Of a DNA stretch of 64,000 bases, positions 26,440-37,446 are shown one piece after another. The translations under genes were made by a program, and so were the position numbers. The DNA lies in the NCBI GenBank assembly GCA_028534125.1, contig CM052830.1, positions 10,478,001 to 10,542,000 of the forward strand, given 5' to 3'. The notes beneath the pieces are model-generated. The model ran no database searches and had not been told where the DNA came from. It worked only from the letters and a program-made list of their open reading frames with translations. Origin of the DNA: Lama glama. Lineage: Eukaryota. The first letter of the stretch is position 1. Each line of letters starts with the position of its first letter.

Positions 26440-27300
26440 CTTTTACTCTCCATCCCCCCAGGGACCACCTTCAGGGCAAAGACACTCGCGTTCCCAGCTT
26501 CCTGTAACCGCTCATGGCCGAACTTCTCACCAGGAATTGACCTCAGCCTAATGCAGCTTCTTCATCAAAGGGACCCCCGTGACTGGGGCTTCCTACATCC
26601 AATGGCCGCTCAGTGTGGGGACTCAAAGGCCCATTCATTATTTAGGAAAGTCCTTGGCATGGAGTACATGCTCAATAAATGTTCACGGATGGAACCTCGA
26701 AACTGACTGGCTGAGGGGTCCTGACAAATGACACACCCTCTTCCTGCCCTTTGTTTCTACAGAGTGTGAGCCTTAGAGGATGTTAGGGTTCAGGTGCTGC
26801 TACGGTTCACTCCATGGCAGTAGAGGCTGGTTGAATGATAATACTGATGAATAATAACTATTATTTAAGGCTCGCTGGGTAACAGGTGAATGCTAGGTGC
26901 TGCAGATGCACTCTCTTAATTAATTCTCAGACAACCTAGCAGCTTTAGCCCCCATTTAATCAGTGAGGACAAGGAGGCTCCGACCCCTCAGATGACTCAC
27001 CCATGCTCAGTCACTGAGCGACTTCAGGGCGACTCTGGAGAGTCAGCCCAGCTCTAAGCTCCACGTGGGACTGGCTGGAGCCTTTCCTGAGGCTTCAGTG
27101 CAGCTCAGCTCCTCCCTCCACCCAATTCTACTTCCAGCCTCTCTCCCCTCCAGCACTGAAGCCGATCATCCTCGCTTTAGTCGAACATTTAATGGAGTAG
27201 GTGGCTTGAGTTAAGGTCCCTTATGTAAAAAAAAATACCCGTGTTCACGTACTAGACTCAGCTTCACTATGGAAAGATGCTTGGAGGAACCCAGCCTGAC
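26440..27300 (+). mobile_element. ERVL LTR16-family element split by an inverted duplication
   Basis: Left half ends 'cctacatccaatggccg...caaaggccc'. Right half resumes 'gactctggagagtcagcccagctctaagctccacgtggga...ctccctccacccaattctacttcc', colinear with the LTR16 layout. Confidence 0.65.
26636..27014 (-). repeat. Inverted duplicate (copy A) of 36057-36439
   Basis: Direct reverse-complement alignment, roughly 90% overall. 26763-26863 is identical to the reverse complement of 36206-36306. Confidence 0.95.
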
Positions 27301-27529
27301 TGAGGGCATAGAATATTTAGATCTCCCAAATCATGCTGACATCCTGTGGCATAAAACGTGAAGCGTGGAATGTCCTTTTGTGTGTGGGGTGGGGTGGATG
27401 CGTATAATTGAATCCATGTACCTTAGAAGTGTGTTTGGTGTGACCTCACTAATTTACATTCACACATATGTGTATGTCACCCTCATTAGACTGTGATCAA
27501 AGGTTGTGGTAAATTCCTCTAAATATGTG

Positions 27530-28090
27530 TACACAGTGCAAGGAAAGTTTATAAGAGTAAGACCCAAGCTAATCTGGGAGTTCAGCAAAGGCTTATTTTG
27601 GGAAGTGACATTTCAGTTAAGGCTGAAGGATGAGTGGAAGTCAGCCTGGAGCAAGGGGCAGAGCGGGGAGCGCGATGGGCATGATGGGGACCTGGGTGTG
27701 TGGCTGGGGCCTGGGAAAGGCAGAGGGGGTGGCTCCAGGCTGTGCTGGGGAGGTGGGAAGGGGACTACTCATGCAGAGCCATGCTAAGGGTTTTGGATTT
27801 TAATCCAAGGCTGAGATGAGTCATTGAAAGGTTTTAAACAAGACAGTGACACAATCAGATTTAGATTTTTTAAAACATTGCTTTGGTCCTGCATTGAATG
27901 GGGCTAAGAGGGGATCTGATAGAGGCATCAAGGCTACTGTAATTGTCTTAGAGATGATGGTGGCTTGGGAGAGGGTGAAATGTAGAGATATTCGGATGTG
28001 CATTAGTGGGGATTTGGAAGCTGATTTGATCTGGAGAGGGAGAATTTTTAGAGGGACGTTTGACATGGCCACATCTGGGATGGTTTTCCT
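27530..28090 (-). mobile_element. L2 fragment
   Basis: 'ggaagtgacatttcagttaaggctgaaggatgagt', 'cattgaaaggttttaaacaagacagtgacacaatcagattt'. Confidence 0.75.
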
Positions 28091-30310
28091 CCAAGTAACT
28101 GTGAACTTCCAGCTCCAAACTTCTCACAGTTGTGGAAATGACACAGTTCACCACCATAGTAACAGGTACACGTTCGAGCACATGAAGAGTATTCTTTAAA
28201 ATTAGATAGGCCTCAGCTTCTGGAGAACAGGGTGTCCACAAAGCTTGAATTAACTCAAGGAGTACAAAAACGATCAGAAAAGCACATTGGGCACAAGAAG
28301 GCTGCCCGTGTTGACTCGTGCTCTGCGTGGGCATGAATGGTAGGTGACACCTTTGCTCAGTGACAGAGACTGCAACCTTGCAGCACTGGCGAGAACCACA
28401 GAAGTCCGCTGGAGAACAGCAAGCTTTCAGTTCGAATTTTTCACTCTTTTCCTCATGTAAGAAATAATTTGGCTCTTGTCTCTCCTCAACATCACTTACA
28501 ATTATGAAAGCTGAGCGGAGAGAGAACAAGAATGAAATTCTACTTCGTGTCATTGCAAAGCGTAACCTTAACCACTTTTAATATACAGATTGTCCAGAAA
28601 GTGCTAACAGGTTCTGAAAGTTGCTGCTCTATTTCTCTGTAGCTATGGCAAAAGGAATCATCTGGAACAAGGTCAGTATTGACAGTTTGATAGTGGCTTC
28701 TTATTCCAAACACTCTGCACTGTCTCCAATCATGTAATACCTATATTAAGTCAGCGAGTGTTTATTCGACAAATTACATGTAAGTGAAAATTTGTGAAAT
28801 GGTGTGCAGCATGCATGAGTAAAAGTGCTAAAAGGGAATAAGCAGCAAGAACTATACTCTAGGAATCCAGCCAGAGCTGCCCGGGATACGGAGAATGAAA
28901 GTAAAGTTAGCCGGCGCGCTTGCATCCTTTGTTACACCGGGGACAGCGTGGGAAGGGTCCCAGAGGCAAATGCACAAAGCGCCAAACTATGAGGCGCTGG
29001 CAACCTTGGCTTCAGGGTCTTCATCTGAAAATGTGAAGGAAAAACCGGGCTGGGCTAACAAGATAACTCACAAATCTAAGTATAGGAATACTGATCTGAG
29101 TTCTGCTAGACTAACTTGTAAATCTAGGTTAATTAGTGTTGGTTTCCTGTTCATGTTTTTTGCTAGCCAGCTGGGTTTTCAAAGATACATATCTGGCTTT
29201 GGAATGTTGGTTTGCTGCCTCCCTGCCTCCACTTTTGTGATGATCATGCTGCTAAAGCTGTTCCATGCCTATTGGCCGAATACCCCAGGCTTGTACTTTA
29301 CCCTGTAAAACCTCACGCACACATCTTGGAGGTGCTCAGAGCTTGGAGCAGAAGCCCCTCTGAGCCCACCGGCGTAATACATCTGAGTACTCCAACCCTC
29401 CGAGGGGTGCTTGTTTCTTGCCTGGCCTGTCGTTTCCGTAACAAAAACTGCTCCCACTAACTGAATTGCCCAAGGCCCTCTAAGGTCCCATCCACTTCTA
29501 GGACTCAGTAAATTTGCCTCTGAAGTTTGCCCTGTTCTCATGACATACCGGGGCTCAAACATTGCGGGGGACTGCCTCAATGAAGGGCACAATTGCTTTG
29601 GGGGCCAGCTTAATCCCCCTAAGTGAAGTATCTGTCAAAGACATGACGACCTAGGAAATCACACTATTCAAATGAAAGAGACAGGTACTACTTCTTTGTA
29701 TTTTAAACAAAACACAACTTCACCAGGATATTGTTAGAAACGATTATTAAAAATCTGAGGTCTTCCCAAACAAGGAATGCACACGATAAAAGGATGTTGT
29801 TGGAGGCACCACAAAATTTTAAGAACATTGCTGACACACTCAGAGTGAGCCCTGGAGGCACACTATAAACTCCCATCAACCGTGAAAAATGAAACTCATT
29901 TTGAACAATGAAGAATGAACTGACCCCTCCTGCACTGGCAAAGCCCAGGGAGTGGCCTGGTGTGACCTACCCTCCTTCAAGGGTGGGGACACAGCCTGGG
30001 GAAATCACTTCTGAGATGCGGGCTCCCTAGAGAGAACTCCTGGCGTGATGATCTCTTAGAGCAAATTTCCAAAAATGAGTCCAAGAAAAGCGTTCCCAGT
30101 TTCTCCATTCCTCAGCAGTATTTTGAAATCAGCTTTTTCTCCTCTGCTCCAGATGCCCAGGGCCCACGAATGCCTTTCATGACATCATGCTACATTAACC
30201 TCTCATGCAAGGCAGCTGCTTTCTGTGATCCAAAGATTGGGGGGAAGAAAAAGACAAATCAAAACAAAACCTAATATTTCAGGAGGCTATGTAAGTAGGC
30301 CAGGACTTAC

Positions 30311-30373
30311 CTTCCACCACAGGCCCATCTGCCGCCAGGACTGAATCTTATCTGATCATTTCCATGGCAACAG
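30311..30373 (-). other. Candidate 63-nt spliced exon (host transcript unknown)
   Basis: Minus strand: 'ccttcatcctattctaatcccacag|CTGTTGCC...GGTGGAAG|gtaagt', giving a pyrimidine tract, a branch-like ctaat, CAG and a consensus donor. Motif evidence only. Confidence 0.3.
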
Positions 30374-30475
30374 CTGTGGGATTAGAATAGGATGAAGGTT
30401 TAGGAAGAGTTGCTGGAATTCAGTCCTAGACTGAGTGAGGATTATTTAACTACACACTTGCGTTGCCATGGGAAC
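30358..30475. promoter_or_regulatory. Pair of RFX X-box motifs
   Basis: ATTTCCATGGCAAC (30358-30371) and GTTGCCATGGGAAC (30462-30475) vs palindrome GTTGCCATGGCAAC. Confidence 0.45.
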
Positions 30476-30778
30476 ACAAATTTACAAATCGGGCAGGATT
30501 TTTGTAGCTCAGTAGCACAGTATTATATTCATAGGACTGCTTCAAATCCCCCAATTCCATCTCCTCCCCCATCAGGGGGTAAATATCCCACTTGATGCGA
30601 GTTAATTATTCCCCAGATATTTTTCTCTTTTAATTTTTAAAGCAGAAATGCGAATAGACTTAGACTAGGACCAAAGCCATCGTTCTCAAAATGCTTTTCC
30701 ATTTTGTTTTTTAAAGAAAAATTTAGCTTGTTCTAAAGAATCTAAAACATATGATGATCAGCATACTCGTATAAGAGT

Positions 30779-30989
30779 ATTTGCAGATACTAATATATAT
30801 AAAAATAGATAAACAACAAATAGCACAAGGGACAATATTCAATATCTGGTACTAACTTATGGTGAAAAAGAACATGAAAACAAATATATGTATGTTCATG
30901 GATGACCGAAGCATTATGCTGTACACTAGAAATAGACACAACATTGTAAACTGACTATACTTCAACAAAAAAATAAATATATACAAAAA
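30779..30989 (+). mobile_element. Camelid L1 3' end
   Basis: 'tatgctgtacactagaaatagacacaacattgtaaactgactatacttcaa' plus A tail. Short TSD aagagt. Confidence 0.85.
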
Positions 30990-31134
30990 AAGAGTCATTT
31001 AAGTACCATGTAAGTCCAAGCCAAAATTATGCTGATTAACAAAAAAGATGTTTATTTCTTGTCAGGTGTGTCACCTCTGGTCTTCTAGTTCATTTAACAC
31101 CAAATTAATTTCAGGAAATCAGCACTACTTCATT

Positions 31135-31330
31135 ACCGACCACTGTTTTAGAATTTACAAACCGCTTTCACCACCAACCATAACTTGTTTGATTTCACAA
31201 CAAGCTCACGCTGAAGGGAGAGCAGGAATCACCACCTGCATTTGGAGGTGAGAAACTGTGGTTTAAGTGTTCCCGTGGCTCGCACAAGGCAGGCAGCCTT
31301 TCGTCATTTCCCATGATTTCCAGCCCCTCA
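31135..31330 (-). mobile_element. MIR fragment
   Basis: 'catttggaggtgagaaactgtgg'. Confidence 0.5.
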
Positions 31331-32219
31331 TCTCTTTGGTCTGTTGATGGGAAATACCCATGAGGACTCCAGTGAGGACTTTTTAACTTCTTACAATGTC
31401 GCTAATAGGATGCCTTAGAAACGGACTCACTTTATCTTTTCTTGCCTGTCCATCCTTCCTCAAACTGCTCATCTTCTTGGAGGAGCACATTCTTTGGACT
31501 GGGAAGACCTAATGACATTTCTTGCCTCTGATTTCTGAAGTGGGGGCACGGGGCACGTGGGAACTCTCACAGATGGGGAGCACTCAAGCACAGCAGACCA
31601 AGAATAGATGGGCTTAGAACCAGTTCCACTCCTGAGAAGAAGCAGATGCTGGTGGGCAGACCCACCCTGCAGGCACTAGGAGAAAGTCCAGTGAGAAGCC
31701 ACGGTGAGTGAGTATCAAGGCAGCGGCAGGAACAAAAGCTGGTGTGGAGTGTCTGATAGGAGGTGGAGGAGTTCTGGGGATGACCATTTTTCACCTTCAA
31801 AAAGCCCGCAATTCAGCTAGTCAGAGTCCTGCAGGGGGGCTGGGAGGCTGGGAGGCTGGGAGAAGTTGGGAGGAGTGTGAGGACTTCCGAAGTGGAGGTC
31901 CCAGCACATCCCTGAGATGCAGCTCAGGCAGATGCCGAAGGACATGATAAAGGATGTGTGCTGAGGCTCTTCCTGGGTTTGCTTAAGCTGGACCAGCCAC
32001 TAGGAGGAATTTTGGTTGACTTCTGAGCACTGGGCTGGCACTTTTAGGACTCAGCTCAGGAGATGGGTGATGTGGCACACGGGGTTAGGGTGGAGATGGT
32101 TCTGCTGTGAAAAGAAGACATTATCAGAGGCCGGGCTGAAGGACCACCACATTAGGGCACCACACATCTGGTTTGGAGCCTGCGTGCATGTCAGATTCAC
32201 CTGAGGTTGATACATGGTC

Positions 32220-32410
32220 CCACCACCTGCTAGAAATATCAGGTCAGGACAGTTACTTCATTTCTCTAAGTCTTTGTTTTCTTCTCTGTAAAATGGGGTA
32301 ATTACAGCCTTTATAGCAATGGGTTATTCTGAGAAGTAAATAAGCTAATTCTTATTAAGTGCTTGGACACAGCTTAATTTGATCAAAAGCTTAAGAACAG
32401 GTAGTGTTTA
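32220..32410 (+). mobile_element. MIR
   Basis: 'ttttcttctctgtaaaatggggtaat'. Confidence 0.7.
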
Positions 32411-32554
32411 CTCTTCATCTGATGTCACCTCTGGGTGTGGGCGGGGCTGTGGTGTGACAGACGGTGGAACTTATTCTGGGCTAAGAGAGTTTTAAAAATC
32501 CACACCAGCTCTCTCAGCTCATCCCCTGAAGATGGGATTGTATGCAAGGGCATT

Positions 32555-33255
32555 ATTTTGCAGGGCAACCTAGTCACATCCAAAGGCACGTGGCTTTTTA
32601 TTTTTATACAGTTGATTGACAATGTGTTAATTTCTGGTGTACAGCATAGTGATTCAGTTATATACATATATATATTCTTTTTCATTATAGGCTATTACAA
32701 GCTATTGACTATATAGTTCCCTGTGCTGTATAGTAGGAACTTATCAAAGGCACATGGCTTTTAACCCCTGAACACTTCCTAGTAATTACCCTGCATGCAC
32801 CAACACACAAAGATGTTTATTGTAGGATAGTTTGTAATAGCAAAAAAAGTACAAAATAAAGACCACTCACATCTGGGGATAACCTCAATATCTTAATAGG
32901 GAACCAAAAGGATAAATATGGCATAAATATTCAATGAACATTGTGCCGCAGTTAAGTAGGTGCAATTGGTCTATCCGTGCCAGCACACAAAGATCCCCAA
33001 TACGCACCATCAAATGAGGCAAACAAAGTGCAGAATAGAGCATGATCCAATTTGTATAAAAATATAGGCATATGGACGCAGGCTGCAAATGTATAAACAA
33101 TTTCGAAAGGGACCCATGAGAAACAGTCGGTAACAGTTACTTCTGAGAGTGGGACAGAGGTTCATAGAGAGATGGAAGCATTTATTTCTCACTTTACGCT
33201 TTTCAGTACTCTTTGTAATTTTTAAATGATCACATGTATTCCTTATTAGTAAAAT
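32555..33255 (+). mobile_element. Old L1ME-type 3' fragment
   Basis: 'aagatgtttattgtagg...tttgtaatagcaaaaa', 'taacagttacttctgagagtggg'. Confidence 0.6.
32599..32744 (-). mobile_element. Camelid L1 3' end nested in an older L1
   Basis: 'aatttctggtgtacagcatagtgattcagttata'. 18-bp TSD caaaggcac(g/a)tggctttt (32581-32598 / 32745-32762). Confidence 0.9.
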
Positions 33256-33411
33256 TAGTCTTAGACAATAATGGAAGGGCTTGCATTGGTGCAACGGACC
33301 AACCAAAAGTTGGGGAGGGAAAGGAGATTAAAAAAAAAAAGAAGAAAGAGAAACAAAGAACTACGTTAATTGGTAGGAGTGAAATAATTTTTATAGGATC
33401 TTTGTAAAAAC

Positions 33412-33718
33412 ATTTAACAGCTTTGTTTATACATAATTTACATGCCATAAAATTCCATACCATTTAAAGTGTAGAATTCCTTGGCTTTAAAGTGCATTTA
33501 TAGAATTACGCCCTCATGGACATAATCTAATTTTAGGACAGTTCATCACCTCAAGAGAAGCCACGCACCCATCAGCAGTCACACCTCACTCCCCAGCGCC
33601 TTCACCCTTACCCCTTGGCAAACACGGGTTTGCTTCCTGTCTCTATAGATGTGCCTGTACTGGACAGTCCCTATCACTGGAATCATCCAGTACGTGCTCT
33701 TTCATGCCGGGCTTCCTG
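33412..33718 (-). mobile_element. L1MB-type 3' end
   Basis: 'ataatttacatgccataaaatt...tttaaagtgta', 'cccatcagcagtcac', 'ctgtctctatagat...ctggaca'. Confidence 0.75.
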
Positions 33719-33807
33719 TTCTGACAGTGTTCTAGCGTCATCTTCACAGAGGTGGTTTCCAGTTTCGAGAAAAAATGCTGGAAAGATTTTGGAACCCACA
33801 CCAAGCC

Positions 33808-33965
33808 TTTTGTTGTTGTTGTTGTAGTGGATTTATAATGTTGTTAGTTTCTGGTGTACAGCGTAGTGATTCAGTTATACGTATATATTCTGTTTCATAG
33901 TCTCTTTTATTATGGGTTATTATAAGATATTGAATACAGCAGGACCTTGTTTATCTGTTTTAATA
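33808..33965 (-). mobile_element. Camelid L1 3' end
   Basis: 'ttagtttctggtgtacagcgtagtgattcagttata' with a (TTG)n tail. Confidence 0.8.
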
Positions 33966-34010
33966 GCCATGTTTATATCTCCCTTTTACCCTGATTGTGC
34001 TTAGCGCATT

Positions 34011-34852
34011 TGTGATATTTTGATTTATTAATAGGGAGATACATTCGGTCTTCATCACCATTCCTGGCACAGAGCTCTTAAAACCCTTGGATTCCTAAGT
34101 GATAAGAACACTAGGAACCTTTTTTGTTCTACTGAGGTGACTCTGGATGGGCTTCTGGGTGGCTCCTGGATCAGGGTTTGTCACCAGAAAGACCAAGACA
34201 TGATTAAAACTTTAGAATTTTAATCCCTATTCTCCGTTTTCCAGAGAGGGGAGATGGACTGTAAATGGTGTTAATGATTGATCGTGCCTGTGTGAGGCAG
34301 CTTTCATAAAAACCCCAATGGTGCAGGCTTTGGAGAGCTTCCAGGTTGGTAAACACATCCACATACCAGGAGGGCGACACACCCCAACTCCGCAGGGACA
34401 GAAGCTGCCAGGCTTGGGACCCTCCCAGACCTCACCCTCGGTATCTCTTCATCTCTGTCCTTTATCATATCCTTTAATAAACTGGTAACCTGTGTTTCCC
34501 TGAGTTCAGTGAGCATGCACGAGCAAACCAATCAAACCCAAGGAGGAGGTCATGGGAACTTCGGTTTTATAGCAGGTGGTCAGAAGCACAGGTGACAACC
34601 TGGGACTGGCGTCTGTGGTCTGACGAAGGATGGGGACAGCTTTGTGGGGCTGAGCCCTTCGCCTGTGAGATCCGATGCTGTCTCCTGATAGATCGCATCA
34701 AAATTGAGTTAATTTGTAGGACACCCAGTGGGTGTCCCAGAGAACTGCTTTGTGGGGGAAAACCCACACGCAGCTGGTGTCGGAAGTGTTGCCTGACTGT
34801 AGTGTCAGAGTAAAGGGGATACGCAGGACGAAGGCTGGTTTTTTTCTTGCAC
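34011..34852 (+). mobile_element. MER21-family solo LTR
   Basis: 'ttcctggcacagagctcttaaaacccttgga', 'gtcaccagaaagaccaag', 'ggagagcttccaggttggt', 'aataaactggtaa', 'ggtcagaagcacaggtgacaacctggga'. Confidence 0.85.
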
Positions 34853-35044
34853 AACACTGTTACAGCCATTGTGCAAGCTCAAAAATTACAGGCTCAGAGG
34901 CTGCAAAGATGAAATTTGGGAGCATCCAGTGGAGAACTTGCAGATGTCTAAGACTTTGGGTGGAGCATTAGTTAGCGGGCTTCCTCAGCTCCACCACTAG
35001 CCACGCTGCGATGTACCTCATTGCTGTCCCTTTGATCTCAGCTC

Positions 35045-35450
35045 AGTTCTTGAACATTCTCGTCCAGGCATTTCACTAGGTGTTGTTCGTTGCAAAGATG
35101 GAGGTGGCACTGTCCCTTCCCTCATGAGGTTTATACCTTAAGGTAGGAAAAATGACCACTTCATGTGTATTGCACAAGTAAGGACAGGGTGCCTGGGTGC
35201 ATGGTGGAGAAACAGATGAATGACTAAGGCTAAGAGGGTCTAGGATGGCTTCTCAGGGAGGTGACACAACAGCCAAGAAGAACCCCAAAGGGCAAGTAGG
35301 AGTTCCCAGTGCCAACAAGAAGGGACGGCATTCCAGGAAGAGAAAACTGTGTGCGTGAAGGTGTAAAACATGAAAGGACAGAGGGTAATTGAGGACCTGT
35401 GTGTCATTTAGGTGCTATTGGAGCACAGACTATAAAGGAAACAATGTGGG
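35045..35450 (-). mobile_element. L2 fragment
   Basis: 'gtcccttccctcatgagg', 'ggcttctcagggaggtgaca', 'ggcattccaggaagagaaa'. Confidence 0.65.
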
Positions 35451-35979
35451 GGGACCTGGTTAAAGGCACCTGGTTAAACCTGAGTGTACCTCTGTCTGCT
35501 CAGAGCACTGTTGCTGATTTTAAGCCAAAATGTCAACAGCACTTTTTAAGTATTTGCCACTATTATGATTATTATTAATTCTAAGATTTGTGCTAATGTC
35601 TAATTCTATTAGGATGTCTCTAGGAGATAGGACTTATAAAATATTCTGTCTTGATATTATTTAAAAATTTTGCTGAAATGCATTTATTCTACATAAAATG
35701 CTTGTACATTCTTCTTTTGGAAGGTACGTTAACACCTAAACAGTCAACATTTAGTCAGAACTTCACTTCTGACAAGTATTTTTTCTCTCTCTCTATCTCT
35801 TTATGTCTCTGTGTCTCCATCTCTCTCTCTCTTTCTCCAGGCAGGAAAGTTCTGGATAAAGCATCTTTATTCAGTCATTTCATTCTTGGATTTGCAGGGG
35901 AAATGCCTCTCTTTTAGCAAGAGAGGATGAGAAATCAGGGGAACAAAATGTGTCAACTGATATTGAAGCTGTTCTCCAG

Positions 35980-36230
35980 TGGAGCAGCAGGCAAAAGCCC
36001 AGGATTTCAAGTCAGAGAGCCCCAAGTTCACGTCTCAGCGCCGCCACTGATGAGACGTGACAGCTTGAATGGGTCATCTGAGATGTGCGAGCCTCCTTGT
36101 TCTCACTGATTAAATGGGGGCTAAAGCTGCTAGGTTATCTAAGAATTAAATAAGAGAGCGCATCTTTAGCACCTAGCATTCACCTGTCACCTAGCGAGCC
36201 TTAAGTAATAGTTATTATTCATCAGTATTA
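35980..36230 (+). mobile_element. MIR (part of the duplication donor)
   Basis: MIR head 'ggatttcaagtcagagagccccaagttca' continues into 'gagcctccttgttctcactgattaaatgggg'. Confidence 0.65.
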
Positions 36231-36439
36231 TCATTCAACCAGCCTCTACTGCCATGGAGTGAACCGTAGCAGCACCTGAACCCTAACATCCTCTAAGGCT
36301 CACACTTTAGAGAAATGGTGGCAAAGGGTAGGAAGAAGGTTTGCCATTTGTCAGGACCTCTCAGCCAGTCAGTTTTGAGGTTCCATCCGTGAACATTTAT
36401 TGAGCATGTACTCCATGCCAGGGACTTCCCTAAATATTG
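36057..36439 (+). repeat. Donor copy (copy B) of the inverted duplication
   Basis: Reverse complement of 26636-27014. The flanking MIR and L2 continue beyond both ends here. Confidence 0.95.
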
Positions 36440-36655
36440 TGGCTTTAGCAATGAGCAAAACAGGCAAAAATTACTGCTCTCGTAAACCTTACAATCTAGC
36501 GGAGGAGGAAAGACAATAAAAACTTGAATAAGTGAGGCATATAGTATGCCAGATGGCGGTAAGTACTAAGCTGAAAAGTAAAGCAAAGATGCGGGAGGAT
36601 GCATGTTAAAGTTTGGAGGAGGGTTTGCAATTTTAAACAGGGTGGTCAGTGCCAA
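36360..36655 (-). mobile_element. L2 3' end
   Basis: 'aacatttattgagcatgtactccatgccagg', 'aaaacaggcaaaaattactgctctcgtaaaccttacaatctag'. Confidence 0.75.
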
Positions 36656-37446
36656 AAAAGCTCTCCAAGGAGATGATTCACAGAGAATTCGTACCCATTC
36701 ACAGAAGAACCTGCTTGGGACCCAAAATGGCACCTGCAACTCACAGCAGAAATTTGAAGCCAGTGGGTGGGTAAGAGGATGGTGCCCGCCTCCCCCTGAC
36801 CCCAGGCAGTCTCCTTATAAGCAGCTCAGCTGATGTCTCCCACTAGAGTTTTTTGTTGTGCGCTATGGGTCAGTCCCTCTAGAACAGGACTATCACACCC
36901 ACATCATAAATGCCATGCAAGCATGCTTGAGACTTGGAGAGGTCCCTGCTGCCATCTGGAGCACCCTGGGAGATGGAGCTCCCCGTAACTGAGCCAGGGC
37001 CACGTTGGCAGGAAGCTGCCAGGCACAGCCCACTGTGCTGTGGAATTTACTCCTCTGCCAGAAATTGCTATCCTCTTGTTCCACAAGGTCCCGTGAAAGC
37101 AAGAAACAGTATTCAGTGACGTATAATGGCAACAGGAATTAGAGAGGAACAGACTTGTCTCCAGTGTGAATTTCTTGGCGGGACTTTTATTTCCAGTGGA
37201 TTTCCCCTTTCTGAGTGGGGATAAGGCAAATGGTAATTCCAAGGAGATGGCACTACGATACCTTGATTTCTGGAATCACATACAGAAATGACTTCATCCA
37301 GTGAAGAAATATCTTTATAACATTCAAAACTATCTTCTCTGCCTAAAGTATTAAAAAATAGTAGAATGTTACACAAAGCTGTGACCTCCATGGGGAGCAA
37401 ACACGCTTAGCAGATATGTCTTCTCCAGAAGTGGGTTATATGAACG

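Noticed and set aside
27948-28553. 201-aa minus-strand ORF
   Set aside because: No recognisable domain, and its 3' part runs into an L2 fragment. Consistent with chance.
26636-36439. Large DNA transposon with terminal inverted repeats, or a staggered-break inversion
   Set aside because: The arms are made of MIR/L2 pieces with no TSD or transposase. Host repeats are colinear across both arms, so the interior is not inverted in this haplotype.
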